This document shows positions 1 through 10,247 of a stretch of DNA of 64,000 nt, one piece after another. How positions within the stretch are numbered: the stretch's first letter is position 1; each line of letters opens with the position of its first letter. The DNA is from Hormoscilla sp. GTDB lineage: Bacteria > Cyanobacteriota > Cyanobacteriia > Cyanobacteriales > Desertifilaceae. The stretch covers positions 1 to 64,000 of the forward strand of contig JBFRWI010000145.1 of NCBI GenBank assembly GCA_051439505.1. Reading direction: 5' to 3'. The position numbers and the translations under genes were made by a program. Under the pieces are notes generated by a model that had not been told where the DNA came from, did no database searches, and was given only the letters and a program-made list of their open reading frames with translations.

Positions 1-240
1 TACTGGAGTGAGGGCATCAAAGAAGGGATGAACCATAAAGGCGAATTGTATGCTCATGTGAGGTCATACCCCTCGGGTGCAAGATTGCAGGCTTATGAGT
101 TAGGATGCGAAATGGCCCAAAAGGGAATGGATATCTGCCTGACTTGCTCTCAGTCGGGTTATAAGGTCTGGATGAACATGAAATCATCGGTGACAGCTTC
201 TCTAGCAGAAGCTGAAACTTCAGAACTGGTGTTGGCCTAA
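1..240 (+). CDS. Hypothetical protein, 5'-truncated by window edge
   Basis: Frame is open from position 1 (YWSEGIKEGMNHKGELY...) to TAA at 238-240; no function recognised. Confidence 0.6.
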   Translation, partial: YWSEGIKEGMNHKGELYAHVRSYPSGARLQAYELGCEMAQKGMDICLTCSQSGYKVWMNMKSSVTASLAEAETSELVLA

Positions 241-414
241 GAGATCGATCGTGACGCAAATAGTGATGGGAAGGATGGGGCGATCGCGATCGCTAGTCCT
301 GGTCGGGATAAATTAGATCTATAAATATGGCTCAATAGGGCCAGGGTGCATTTGGCCAGGAATCAGGATCTCAGCTAAAATAGGAGAAAGCCAAGTAAGC
401 CAGATTTCACACCG

Positions 415-3400
415 ATGAAACTAATCAAACGGACAACCCTCCAATATCAGGAGGGAAAGTCAGATAAAATATATGAAGTAGACCTATGCCAGACGGCGGC
501 AGACCGCTATGTGGTAAACTTCCGCTATGGACGCCGTGGCAGTAAGCTCAAAGAAGGGGTAAAAACGGCTCAACCAGTGGTTCTGGACCAGGCCCAGCAA
601 GTATTTGACAAGCTGGTTAGTTCTAAGACAAAAAAAGGTTATCGCGATATTAGCATTCCCCAGCCAGAACCAGCAGCAACAGCAGCACCAGTAGCGGATA
701 GCAGTGAGGCCCGCAAACAAGCAATTCTCTCACGCCTAGCAGGACGGGGAAACAGCAAGTGGCCCCTGTCGCGGGCAATATGGCGGGCCGGAGAACTGCA
801 AATCTCGGAAGCGACCCCGCTAATGCTACCGTTAATTGGTAATAGTGATGCCCTGACAGATTATTGCATTGCTTGGGCTTTAGGATGCTGTGGGGGTGAA
901 GGTGCATTGTCAGCCCTGCATGGTCTCAGGCAAAATACCTCAACTCCGGAATTTGTCAGTCGCATCGCCTGGGAAGCAATAGTCAAACTTTCAGATAGTA
1001 AAACTAGGGCCGAGTTACGGTCCCAGCAGATAGAAATGCTGCCCCAACAGCTACGAGACTATGCCATAAATGGTTCGTCAGCATCCCTTTCGGCGGCACT
1101 AGAAAGCTATCTGGATGGGGGGGACTACCAGAAGTTTGCGGTGTTGGATACTCTCTATCAAATTGATAACCAGCACAGTCGCCCCGCCTTACTACATATA
1201 TTACGGACTGCGCCCCTACGCCCTAACTATTTTCAGCGGCTGCGTCACATTTTCAAAATGGCTGAATACCGCCATGATGGGGAAGTATTTGGCATTATTG
1301 CCTATCGCTTTGAACAAGAGAAGGCAATGTACCGCAGTGACTATGGGCGTGCCAATATCCCAGAGGTAGGGTATTTGCGGACCTATGAATATAGGTATAA
1401 CCGGGAAACGCGCAGGTATGAAAGATTGGAAAGTAATGAATTCCAGGAGGAAATGCAGCGCCCGGACTCGCGCATTGCCTACAGTGAAGCGACACGGGAA
1501 TATCTACAGCGCCGGGTGTGGCGTACTCTCAAGCAGTTGGGCGAAGAGGGGTCGCAAGACTATGTAAAAATGGCTGCGGGCATACTGCTGACCTATTCTG
1601 ATGATGATGCCGAGTCTGTAAGAGAGTCTATCTTTTATCGCTGGGATCGTTCTAACTGGACTAGCAATCAGTTCAGACGGCACTGGGATGCCTATGCTGG
1701 TTACTTGACATTTAACCATATTCTCTATGAAAATAGTCCTCGCTATGTTTTAATGCCTAATTCTCGGGGGTGGCGCTGTCGAGAAGGTTATCAACCGGGA
1801 GGACCGGAACCGGATGGGCGAGAGGAGGCTTTTCCAGAACTTTGGGAAGCAGATCCAGAGGCACTTTTGCAATTACTTTTAGCCAGCAATTGTCGGCCCG
1901 TTCATCACTTTGCGGTTAAGGTTTTGCGGGTCTGTCAGCAGTTTTGTGCTACTATCGATGTTGACAGTTTAATCGCACTGGTGAATAAACCCTATGAGGT
2001 GACGGCTCAACTGGGTTTTCAATTGCTAAGATCCCAATATGACCCAGATAATCCTAACATGGAATTACTGCTGGCTCTGGCTAATTGCTTGTATGCACCG
2101 GCCCGCAGTCAGGCCCATGAATGGATCTCAGCCGCCCCCGATCGCATCCTCTCAAATGCTGGGGCGATCGCATCCTTAGTGACCAGTCAGCATGGGGACA
2201 CCAGGGCCTTTATGCGGGGACTTTTAAGTGGGGCAGCGATCGGGGATAATACAGCTAAGGTATTAATTGGCCAGATGATCGCTGGGGTGCTAGCATTGGA
2301 GGAAACGGAAACAGAACTTGCCCAGTCCATTGGCGAAACTTTGCTAGCATGTTTTGGACAGCAGTTGCGGAAGTTAGGGTTGGGTGTTATTCTGGATATG
2401 CTATCCCATTCGATGCCAGAAATTCAGGCGATCGGGGCTAGGATCCTGTTAAATCACGAAACGCCAGCGGCGGAATTACCGCCAGAATTGATCGAATCCC
2501 TGATATCATCTCCTTATGAATCAGTACGCAGTATCGGGATAGGGCTATTCGGTCAATTACCGGACGAAACCCTGATGGGAGAACAGCGGGTGGTGATAGT
2601 AGCAATGACAGTAAGTCCTGACATCTCTATCCGCCAAGCTATCCAACCAATTATCCGCCGTCTCACCACAGAAAATCCAGCCTTTGGCACCCAGCTTGCG
2701 GGTGAATTTATCGAACTTTTGCTCATTTCGGAAAGACATGAAGGAGTCCACAGCTATTTAGTGAGTCTGCTGCGAGACTTTCCCACGGAATGGATGGCCA
2801 ACGTCACAAAAGAAACAGCATTGCAGTTGCTACGGGCTAAATCTTCAGCAGCACAGGAATTGGGTGGTTTAATCCTTGCTGCCCATCATAGCAGTTGGGC
2901 CTCGGAATTTGCAACTGCAGAGGTCGTTAAGCTGGCCAGTCACGAGATTTTAGCAGTGCGATCGGCTGCCAGGGCCATGTTTGCCGAAAGACTCGATCGC
3001 ATCCGCAGAGACCCCGAAGAGAAATTAGCAGGGGTGCGGTTGCTAGAGTCGAAATGGGAAGACACGCGCCAGTTTGCCCTAGAGACATTTACGAATAGTT
3101 TCAGTAATGAAGACTGGACCCCAGAAGTAATGGTTAGCATCTGTGACAGTATTCGAGAAGAGGTGCGTCAATATGGCAGAGACTTAGTCACGCGCCACTT
3201 CCAAGCCAGCAACGGGGAAGAATACCTGGTCAAATTCAGCGAACATCCGAGTGCGGACATGCAGCTATTTGCCACCAACTATCTGGAAAGCTATGCCGTC
3301 GATAACCCCGATCGGTTAGAGCAGTTGATGCCCTATTTTATCAGTATATTGTGCGGCGTGAATCGGGGGAGGGTGGCGAAGAAGCGAATCTTTGCCTTTC

Positions 3401-3582
3401 TGGAGGCGGAGGCCCTGAAAAGCGAAGCCGCTGCCAAGGTAGTGGCGGAAATTATGACGCGGCAATCTGTAACAATAGCCATAGGAGACAAAGCGGCAGC
3501 CATTGGCACAATGCTGAAAATTCACAAGCGCTATCCCCACATCCCATTACCCATTCAGGTAAAACCTGTTGTCTGTAGGTAG
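415..3582 (+). CDS. WGR-domain protein with long HEAT/ARM-like helical C-terminus
   Basis: 1055 aa; N-terminus has a WGR-type motif (SDKIYEV...VNFRYGRRG...K.KKGY), followed by Leu/Ala-rich helical repeats. Confidence 0.8.
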   Translation: MKLIKRTTLQYQEGKSDKIYEVDLCQTAADRYVVNFRYGRRGSKLKEGVKTAQPVVLDQAQQVFDKLVSSKTKKGYRDISIPQPEPAATAAPVADSSEARKQAILSRLAGRGNSKWPLSRAIWRAGELQISEATPLMLPLIGNSDALTDYCIAWALGCCGGEGALSALHGLRQNTSTPEFVSRIAWEAIVKLSDSKTRAELRSQQIEMLPQQLRDYAINGSSASLSAALESYLDGGDYQKFAVLDTLYQIDNQHSRPALLHILRTAPLRPNYFQRLRHIFKMAEYRHDGEVFGIIAYRFEQEKAMYRSDYGRANIPEVGYLRTYEYRYNRETRRYERLESNEFQEEMQRPDSRIAYSEATREYLQRRVWRTLKQLGEEGSQDYVKMAAGILLTYSDDDAESVRESIFYRWDRSNWTSNQFRRHWDAYAGYLTFNHILYENSPRYVLMPNSRGWRCREGYQPGGPEPDGREEAFPELWEADPEALLQLLLASNCRPVHHFAVKVLRVCQQFCATIDVDSLIALVNKPYEVTAQLGFQLLRSQYDPDNPNMELLLALANCLYAPARSQAHEWISAAPDRILSNAGAIASLVTSQHGDTRAFMRGLLSGAAIGDNTAKVLIGQMIAGVLALEETETELAQSIGETLLACFGQQLRKLGLGVILDMLSHSMPEIQAIGARILLNHETPAAELPPELIESLISSPYESVRSIGIGLFGQLPDETLMGEQRVVIVAMTVSPDISIRQAIQPIIRRLTTENPAFGTQLAGEFIELLLISERHEGVHSYLVSLLRDFPTEWMANVTKETALQLLRAKSSAAQELGGLILAAHHSSWASEFATAEVVKLASHEILAVRSAARAMFAERLDRIRRDPEEKLAGVRLLESKWEDTRQFALETFTNSFSNEDWTPEVMVSICDSIREEVRQYGRDLVTRHFQASNGEEYLVKFSEHPSADMQLFATNYLESYAVDNPDRLEQLMPYFISILCGVNRGRVAKKRIFAFLEAEALKSEAAAKVVAEIMTRQSVTIAIGDKAAAIGTMLKIHKRYPHIPLPIQVKPVVCR

Positions 3583-3690
3583 CCCCAACCCGATCGCCCC
3601 AACCCGGTGGCCCCAACCCGGTGGCCCCAACCCGATCGCCCCAACCCTAAAGGGTAGGGCTACAGGAACAAAGCCCGCCTGCGCGGGCTA
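3579..3690. repeat. GTAG REP-like double-hairpin element with left arm amplified as four 14-bp tandem units
   Basis: (GCCCCAACCCGRTS)x4, then GCCCCAACCCTAAAGGGTAGGGCTAC and AGCCCGCCTGCGCGGGCT; related copies at about 40676-40724 and 63360-63416. Confidence 0.8.
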
Positions 3691-3730
3691 AATACAAAAA
3701 GTCCCGTGTAATAATGAGGATAAGATTGCA

Positions 3731-4147
3731 ATGTCTGCCAAAGATAGATTTCATGATGCAGTCAAAACCGGATTAATTAAAGAGGGATGGAAAATCACCC
3801 ACGATCCTCTATATCTATATTTTGACAATACCCGAGTTACAGTATATTTAGCGGGAGAAAAACTGCTTGCAGCAGAGCGAAACTTTGAAAAAATTGCCGT
3901 TGAAGTCAATAATTTTATTGCGCCATCAACTATCGATGAATTTTATTTAGCAGTAGGTCAAGGTTTATCTTATCGTATAGCACTCGGAGAACAGGAACCG
4001 GAACGCCAACTATATCTTGCCGTGCCAATTTTCATATATCAAGCGTTTTTTCGCTTTCCTTTGGCTCAAAAAACTATTCAGGAAGCCAAATTAAGTATTA
4101 TTATTTACGAAGCAGATGAAGAGGCGATCGTGCAATGGATAAGCTAA
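3731..4147 (+). CDS. xisH: XisH family protein (PD-(D/E)xK fold), probably degenerate
   Basis: MSAKDRFHDAVK..LIKEGWKITHDPL...EKIAVE...ALGEQEPERQLYLAVP...IVQWIS is typical XisH; overlaps the xisI start. Confidence 0.85.
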   Translation: MSAKDRFHDAVKTGLIKEGWKITHDPLYLYFDNTRVTVYLAGEKLLAAERNFEKIAVEVNNFIAPSTIDEFYLAVGQGLSYRIALGEQEPERQLYLAVPIFIYQAFFRFPLAQKTIQEAKLSIIIYEADEEAIVQWIS

Positions 4148-4401
4148 ATCAGTATCGGGTTTGGATTGAATAAATTCTCGGTAAATATAGTGAAATAAAA
4201 CTCTCTTACGGGGAGATAGAGATCTATCCTTTCTTCGACCGAGAACGGGATCATTATCATATTTTTGAAGCGGGATGGAATAAGTATATGCGAGTGTTCG
4301 GCCCCCTAATTCATATTGATATTTTGGATGGTAAAATCTGGATTCAGCATGATGGAACAGAGGTTGGCATTATTTTCGAGCGTTTGAGAGCGATCGGTTA
4401 A
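4135..4401 (+). pseudogene. xisI: XisI family pseudogene
   Basis: ATG 4135: MDKLNQYRVWIE*ILGKYS...FDRERDHYH...GW...IHIDILDGKIWIQHDGTE. In-frame TAA at 4171-4173; C-terminus truncated. Confidence 0.85.
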
Positions 4402-4592
4402 GGCGTCGGAAGCCGATCGCATCTATCGGAGAAATGCTATAGTAGGGTGGGCACCGCCCACCAATTGTGCTCCATTTTTTTTTACTCCGGCAGGTATTTA
4501 TATTATCTAGGTTAGGCATTGTGTTTTTTCCGCTGAACTATGATACAATTATAAATGCCATGGAATACAGTTAAAAGCATACTGGTCAGATT

Positions 4593-4748
4593 ATGAATAC
4601 TGTAGTCACGCGACCCTCATCCTTAATTGGCAGAATCAAGCTGGAAAAAGTTGACCAACATACGCTGTTCAAATTTACCGATGACCTGCAAGAGCGTATG
4701 GAAGAACTGCTGTCCAGAAAAAAAATAGACAGTCCGAGCAACATTTGA
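4593..4748 (+). pseudogene. Short antitoxin-like ORF, apparently truncated
   Basis: 51 aa MNTVVTRPSSLIGRIKLEKVDQHTLFKFTDDLQERMEELLSRKK..., read manually (below the ORF-track cutoff); resembles small cyanobacterial TA-associated proteins. Confidence 0.35.
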
Positions 4749-4919
4749 TTAAGCCCTAGAGAGGATTACATGGCTGTGGTCACTTCCGGTGTTGGTTGTT
4801 GTTGCCCAAACCCGCTTCGGGGTGGGTCGATATATCCACGCCATGTGCGATTTTCCCGGGCGATGGCACATTGCTGTCCAGGCGATCGCGCCAGTTCCAG
4901 CCAAGATAGAATAACAATG

Positions 4920-5082
4920 GTAGGGGCACGGCATCGATCGCATCAGGGTATCAACCGAAATATATCTATTGCCGTGCCCCGGCGCCATACGCGCGATCGC
5001 ATTTTCCGGGCGATCGCATCGGGGCACGGCGGTAGTTACATTTGGCATCTTTGACGATCATCTATGGATGCCGTGCCCCTAC
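4920..5082. repeat. Pair of REP-like palindromes (GTAGGGGCACGGC...GCCGTGCCCCTAC)
   Basis: Two GGGGCACGGC/GCCGTGCCCC stems with GTAG/CTAC at the outer ends. Confidence 0.75.
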
Positions 5083-5148
5083 CTTGACGACTGCGCGATC
5101 GCACATGGCTGGACAGGCGATCGCGAAAGATGCACCGCATGCTTATGA

Positions 5149-5595
5149 TTAGGGAGAAGTAATCTCAGAGAGCAAAACTACCGATAAACCAGGAACTACT
5201 TGAAATCTCTGGTCATTAGTGAGAAAGGTAGAACATTGAGTCAGCAGCGCTGTTGCTGCATGGATAGCATCGGGTAATTTGAGGTTAACAGCGGCACGGA
5301 GTTCAGCCGCCTGAACCAAAACTTCACGTCTGACTGGAATAACTGATAACTTCAGTGAGTTACGAATAGTTTGTTTGTAGGTTGCCTGTTGTGCTAAGTT
5401 TCGCTCCTTGATAGGTTTGACCAATGCCTCAGCTAATGAGAGTTCGCTGGTAACAGCCATCAAATCTCCCCGATCTATGCTTTGGAATAGCTGGGTTAAA
5501 TCTTGTATGAATGCTGGATATCCTTCCAAGGCATAGATCAAAATATTGGTGTCCAGGTAGACTATATCACCATTAATTGCGTCTAGGATTCCCAT
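5149..5595 (-). CDS. vapC: VapC-family PIN-domain toxin
   Basis: YLDTNILIY, SELSLAE, LKLPDAIHAATA and FLTND PIN motifs. Confidence 0.9.
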   Translation of the reverse strand: MGILDAINGDIVYLDTNILIYALEGYPAFIQDLTQLFQSIDRGDLMAVTSELSLAEALVKPIKERNLAQQATYKQTIRNSLKLSVIPVRREVLVQAAELRAAVNLKLPDAIHAATALLTQCSTFLTNDQRFQVVPGLSVVLLSEITSP

Positions 5596-5816
5596 GCGTC
5601 TCGTTCTTGGCGAATAAACCGATCGACTTCTTCTGGTGTGGCAAAACAGCCTTTAGCAGATCCAATCAAGCTACTTAAAGATGGTGCTAACTCATCTGAG
5701 AGTGACTCTAGAAGTACGATCACCTCTACGGTAGCGCCATCTGGAAGTTCTGGAGAACGGATTTCTACGAGACCACCGGGTTTGACTATTGCTTTTTGCT
5801 TGAGTCCATTAATCAT
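5583..5816 (-). CDS. Cognate antitoxin of the PIN toxin
   Basis: 77 aa, upstream of and overlapping vapC; C-terminal GSAKGCFATPEEVDRFIRQERDAWE is typical of such antitoxins. Confidence 0.75.
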   Translation of the reverse strand: MINGLKQKAIVKPGGLVEIRSPELPDGATVEVIVLLESLSDELAPSLSSLIGSAKGCFATPEEVDRFIRQERDAWES

Positions 5817-6143
5817 TACTTCCTCACAGGTACTACGGCAGATATTTATAGTATAAGCTTAACAGACAATACCGACAATGTCAAGAGTCTGTTTTCAACC
5901 GACTTGAGCTATGACGCGGGGGTTTGAACCCGACCTGTATCGTGGGTAGTGCGACTAGCGCTCCCACGATACACGGAAGGCGGGCCGTGAGACAAATCGA
6001 GAATTGTTTTACTGCCTCCCGGTCATCTGTCGGGAGGCAGGATCCTCCGAAGGTGGTTCCAAGGCGGAGCCTCGGAACCAGGTATATTGTTTTATTTCCC
6101 AAAAGGTGCTCCGAGTTGATAGAATGTAAAAGCAGTTCAATTC

Positions 6144-8543
6144 TTGTCAACCGCAGTTGTGATTCAAGCAGAAACTTTAGAACTACTGGAATGGCCCCGC
6201 CTGTGCCAGCATCTATCTACCTTTGCCGCTACTAAACTGGGGGCGGTAGCAGCGCGTCATCTGGCAATTCCCGAAACCCCCGATCGCAGTCTCGCCCTCT
6301 TAGCCCAAACTAAAGAAGTATACCAGCTAGAAAGTCAACCGACTGCGGTACTGTCTTTTGAAGGCATTACCGATATTGGCGCATCCTTGGAACGGGCCGA
6401 ACTGCAAGGTATCTTGTCCGGTGCAGAACTATTAAATATCGCTACTACCCTGGTAGGAATGCGGCGTTTGCGACGCCAGATCGATGCCCAACCAGATCTG
6501 CCCGTGCTGATGGAACTGGTGGCGGATATGCGCACCTATCCCGACATCGAGCAGGAAATTAACCGCTGCATTGATGACCAGGGTAAAGTTACAGACCGCG
6601 CTAGTCCTAAACTTACCGGTATCCGCAGTCAACTTAAAGGTTTGCGAGACCGCATTTATCAGACTCTGCAAGGGATTTTGCAGCGCAAGTTTGCTGCGGT
6701 GCAGGAAAATATGATTACTCAACGGGGCGATCGCTTCGTGCTTCCGGTCAAGGCCCCCCAAAAGTCCGCCATACCCGGCATCGTTCACGATACCTCCACT
6801 ACGGGTGCGACTCTCTACGTGGAACCTCACGCGATCGTCCCTTTGGGGAACCAACTGCGCCAACTGCAACGGCAGTCCGAAGCAGAGGAAGAAGCGATTC
6901 TCCGAAGTTTAACAGAGAAAATTGCTGAAGTCAAGGAGGACCTGGAAAGATTATTGGCGATCGCGACGGCCCTGGACTTAGCAACAGCAAGAGCGCGTTA
7001 TAGTTTATGGTTGGAAGCAAACCCGCCCCGCTTCATAGATAGAGGGGGAGGAGAAAGCATAACCCTGCGACAACTGCGCCATCCCCTGCTAGTCTGGCAA
7101 CAGCAGCACGAACAAGGTCCGACGGTAGTTCCCATAGATTTAATTGTAGCACCGCCGATAAAAGTAGTGGCAATTACAGGTCCCAATACGGGTGGGAAAA
7201 CCGTGACACTGAAAACCCTGGGGTTAGCAGCATTAATGGCCAAAGTCGGTCTCTTCGTGCCCGCCCGAGAACCGGTAGAGTTGCCCTGGTTTGACAAGAT
7301 CCTCGCCGATATTGGGGACGAACAATCTTTAGAACAGAGTTTATCTACTTTCTCCGGTCACATTCGTCGCATTACTCGGATTTTACAGGCATTGGGAAAT
7401 GGCGAATTGGTACTCTTAGATGAAGTCGGTGCGGGAACCGACCCCTCCGAAGGCAGTGCCTTGGCGATCGCCCTTTTGCAGTACCTGGCGGATAACGCCC
7501 AGTTAACTGTTGCCACCACCCATTTTGGGGAACTGAAAGCGCTCAAATATGAAGACGATCGCTTTGAAAATGCCTCAGTAGAGTTTGACAATCAATCTCT
7601 GCAACCCACCTACCGCCTGCTATGGGGAATACCCGGTCGTTCCAATGCCTTAACCATTGCCCGCCGCTTGGGATTAGATCGGGAAATAGTCGAAGTGGCG
7701 CGAGGTTATGTAGGGGGTAACGAACAAGATGTCAACCAAGTAATTGCCGGTTTAGAAGCACAACGTCGGCGTCAGGAAAGGAAGACCAAACAAGCGTCAA
7801 AATTAGTCACGCAAGTAGAACGCCTCCATGAAGAAGTCTCCCAGAAAGCATCAGCTTTGCAAGCACAAGAGCAAAAGTTGCGACAGCAGCAGGAACTGGC
7901 CGTGCAAGAGGCGATCGCGGAAGCGAAGAAAGAAATTGCCCGAGTAATTCGCAAGTTACAGCAAGGACCAGTGCTGGCCCAACGGGCGCAAAGAGCCACG
8001 GAGGAGATAAATAAAATTGCCGAAATTCATCTGCCCTCCAAAACAGCGCCACCCAAACCGAAACCTGCTTACAAACCGCAAGTAGGGGACAAGGTGCGCA
8101 TTCCTAGCTTAGGTCAAACCGGCGATGTTTTGAATGTTTCCGAAGCAGACGGGGAAGTAACAGTGCGGTTTGGTTTGATGAAAATGACGATCGCCTTTAC
8201 GGAAATAGAATCTCTGGACGGACAAAAAGTAGAGCCCCCACCCAAACAGAAACCCGCAGCAACTCTTCCGCCCCCCAAACCCGGTCCCGTAGTGCAAACC
8301 GAAAGCAATACCGTGGACTTGCGGGGGAGTCGGGTGGCAGATGCTGAGGCAGACCTGGAAGATGCGATCGCGAAAGGATATGCTTCGGGAACGGGTGCCC
8401 TGTGGATTATTCACGGCAAAGGTACTGGTAAACTGAGAGAAGGAGTACAGGAGTTTTTGCAGCGACATCCCCAGATCGATCGGTTTGAGTTAGCCCAGCA
8501 AAATAGCGGCGGCACAGGCGTCACCATTGCCTATTTCAAATAA
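6144..8543 (+). CDS. mutS2: MutS2 family ATPase/endonuclease
   Basis: Walker A ITGPNTGGKT, DIGDEQSLEQSLSTFSGH, LLDEVGAGTDP, and a C-terminal Smr domain (IIHGKGTG). Confidence 0.95.
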   Translation: MSTAVVIQAETLELLEWPRLCQHLSTFAATKLGAVAARHLAIPETPDRSLALLAQTKEVYQLESQPTAVLSFEGITDIGASLERAELQGILSGAELLNIATTLVGMRRLRRQIDAQPDLPVLMELVADMRTYPDIEQEINRCIDDQGKVTDRASPKLTGIRSQLKGLRDRIYQTLQGILQRKFAAVQENMITQRGDRFVLPVKAPQKSAIPGIVHDTSTTGATLYVEPHAIVPLGNQLRQLQRQSEAEEEAILRSLTEKIAEVKEDLERLLAIATALDLATARARYSLWLEANPPRFIDRGGGESITLRQLRHPLLVWQQQHEQGPTVVPIDLIVAPPIKVVAITGPNTGGKTVTLKTLGLAALMAKVGLFVPAREPVELPWFDKILADIGDEQSLEQSLSTFSGHIRRITRILQALGNGELVLLDEVGAGTDPSEGSALAIALLQYLADNAQLTVATTHFGELKALKYEDDRFENASVEFDNQSLQPTYRLLWGIPGRSNALTIARRLGLDREIVEVARGYVGGNEQDVNQVIAGLEAQRRRQERKTKQASKLVTQVERLHEEVSQKASALQAQEQKLRQQQELAVQEAIAEAKKEIARVIRKLQQGPVLAQRAQRATEEINKIAEIHLPSKTAPPKPKPAYKPQVGDKVRIPSLGQTGDVLNVSEADGEVTVRFGLMKMTIAFTEIESLDGQKVEPPPKQKPAATLPPPKPGPVVQTESNTVDLRGSRVADAEADLEDAIAKGYASGTGALWIIHGKGTGKLREGVQEFLQRHPQIDRFELAQQNSGGTGVTIAYFK

Positions 8544-8608
8544 TACCAAATGTCTGCAAACGCCCCCCGGTTGGGTTTCGTGCTCCAGACCCAACCTACG
8601 CACTGCAC

Positions 8609-9349
8609 TTATTTCAGGCATTCTATGCCCATTATAGGTGGATAATCTAGAAAATCCTGCCAGAACTCCCGACCAAATTCGGACAGTCCTTCGGGAGAAA
8701 CGCTCACTGGATGCCAGCGAATTTCCTGAAAGCCAACTGTACGGAAAGCCCATTCATAGGTGGCGTGGCTGAGGTAATAGTTATCGAAGCTGACTGTCTC
8801 CTGACCACCGGGTATTTTCAATGTTATATTGATAGGCACCCCAGACTGAAGCGGTTCAGACAAGCTTCGATAGACTCCATATTTTTCCAATAAGGGATAG
8901 AACTCAGGTGGCATTTCAAGATTATTGTTGATTGCGACGAAACGACCGCCAGGTTTCAGGTTAGCATATATGGTCTGACACATAGAGAGCAGTTGTTCTT
9001 TACTTTGGGCGTAATTCAGTAGAAAGGTAGTCACAACCAGATCGAAGCTGCCAATTTACCCTAGTTCTCGGGCATCACAGAGGATATATTCAATTCCCAG
9101 GGGTTGTCGGGTTTCAGAGAGTCTTGCCAAGGAGAGCATTTTTTCGGAAATGTCCACCCCGACTACCCGTGCTGCGCCCCTCAGCTTCAATTTTCTGGTG
9201 TAGAATCCTTCACCGCAGGCCAGATCGAGGATTGATTTCCCAGCAATATCGCCGAGCAGATTAAAGTACGTATAGGCTTCAATATGCAGGCGAAAGGGAA
9301 GAGCGAGTGTTTTTTGATACTGGTCTGCGATGCTGTCGTAGACTGCCAT
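8609..9349 (-). pseudogene. Class I SAM-dependent methyltransferase (ToxA-like) with in-frame stop
   Basis: ATG 9349 MAVYDSIADQY...ILDLACGEG. The two track ORFs share one frame and are split by TAA at 9056-9058 (ELG*IGSFDLVV). Confidence 0.85.
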
Positions 9350-9490
9350 TTTTAACCTCACTTGCTTAAAGAGTCTGATGTCAGGATTAATCAGCAATTC
9401 GATGATATCATGCCTGTGACTCTTCCCGAACATACTAAGGCGATGAGTACGGGAGGCTGTGGCGATCGCGCTTCGGTGACCAGTCCTGGC

Positions 9491-10240
9491 CCAATACTTC
9501 GTAGGTTTTGCACCCTCGCAGGGAGCCCCTTCGCAGAAAGTATCCTCCCAGGGAGATTGCTTCGGGGGGGGGTCAATACTTCGTAGGTTTTGCAATAAAT
9601 TTCTCGGGGGGGAGTGGGGAGTAGGGAATGGGGAGTGGGGAGTGACATGGTGTTGACACCGACGGGTTGGACCTTCTCCCTTCTCCCTTCTCCCTTCTCC
9701 CTGCTCCCTTCTCCCTTCTCCCTGCTCCCTGCTCCCCTACTGGACCGAGGCCCTAGCTGGGTGTTGCCACCGGTTGAGGAAGCTTGCTGGCGTCACCCAA
9801 CCTACCAGTATTCGATTGGCAACTATGAATAGGGTTACAACTGAGCATCTTGCACCGTTTTTGATTTGCCTCATGGCCCGCCAGGGGTGGCCAAAGCTGC
9901 TGGTGCTTTTGGGAAGACCTAGTGCTGCTTTTGGGAAAGGATAGTGCTCCTTTTCCAAAAAGGATAGTGCTCCTTTTCCCAAAAGGATAGTGCTCCTTTT
10001 CCCAAAAGGATAGTGCTGCTTGTTTGTTTACCTGGGCCAATACCTGGCTGTGTCCCCATTAGGAGAGGCCCCAATACTTCTCGGCATGCCGCGCTTCTCA
10101 GCAGTGGGGAGCGGGGAGCGGGGAGTGGGGAGCAGGGAGGACGCGGGGACGCGGGGACGCGGTGACGCGGGGACGCGGTGACACCCCATCGACCTGTCTC
10201 CCCCTCTCCCTGTCTCCCCCTCTCCATTCTCCCTTCTCCC
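9491..10240. repeat. Cluster of repeat remnants: two CAATACTTCGTAGGTTTTGCA copies, 7-8 bp tandem repeats, 22-23 bp hairpin repeats
   Basis: Direct repeat at about 9492 and 9574; (GGGGAGT)n, (CTCCCTT)n, (GACGCGGG)n; TGCTCCTTTTCCCAAAAGGATAG units at about 9904-10020. Confidence 0.8.
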
Positions 10241-10247
10241 TAACCGA

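Noticed and set aside
4749..5054. ORFs 4749..5048 and 4770..5054 as a transposase
   Set aside because: They span REP-like palindromes and show no HUH or DDE motif.
9898..10022. CRISPR-like mini-array
   Set aside because: Units are contiguous with no spacers.
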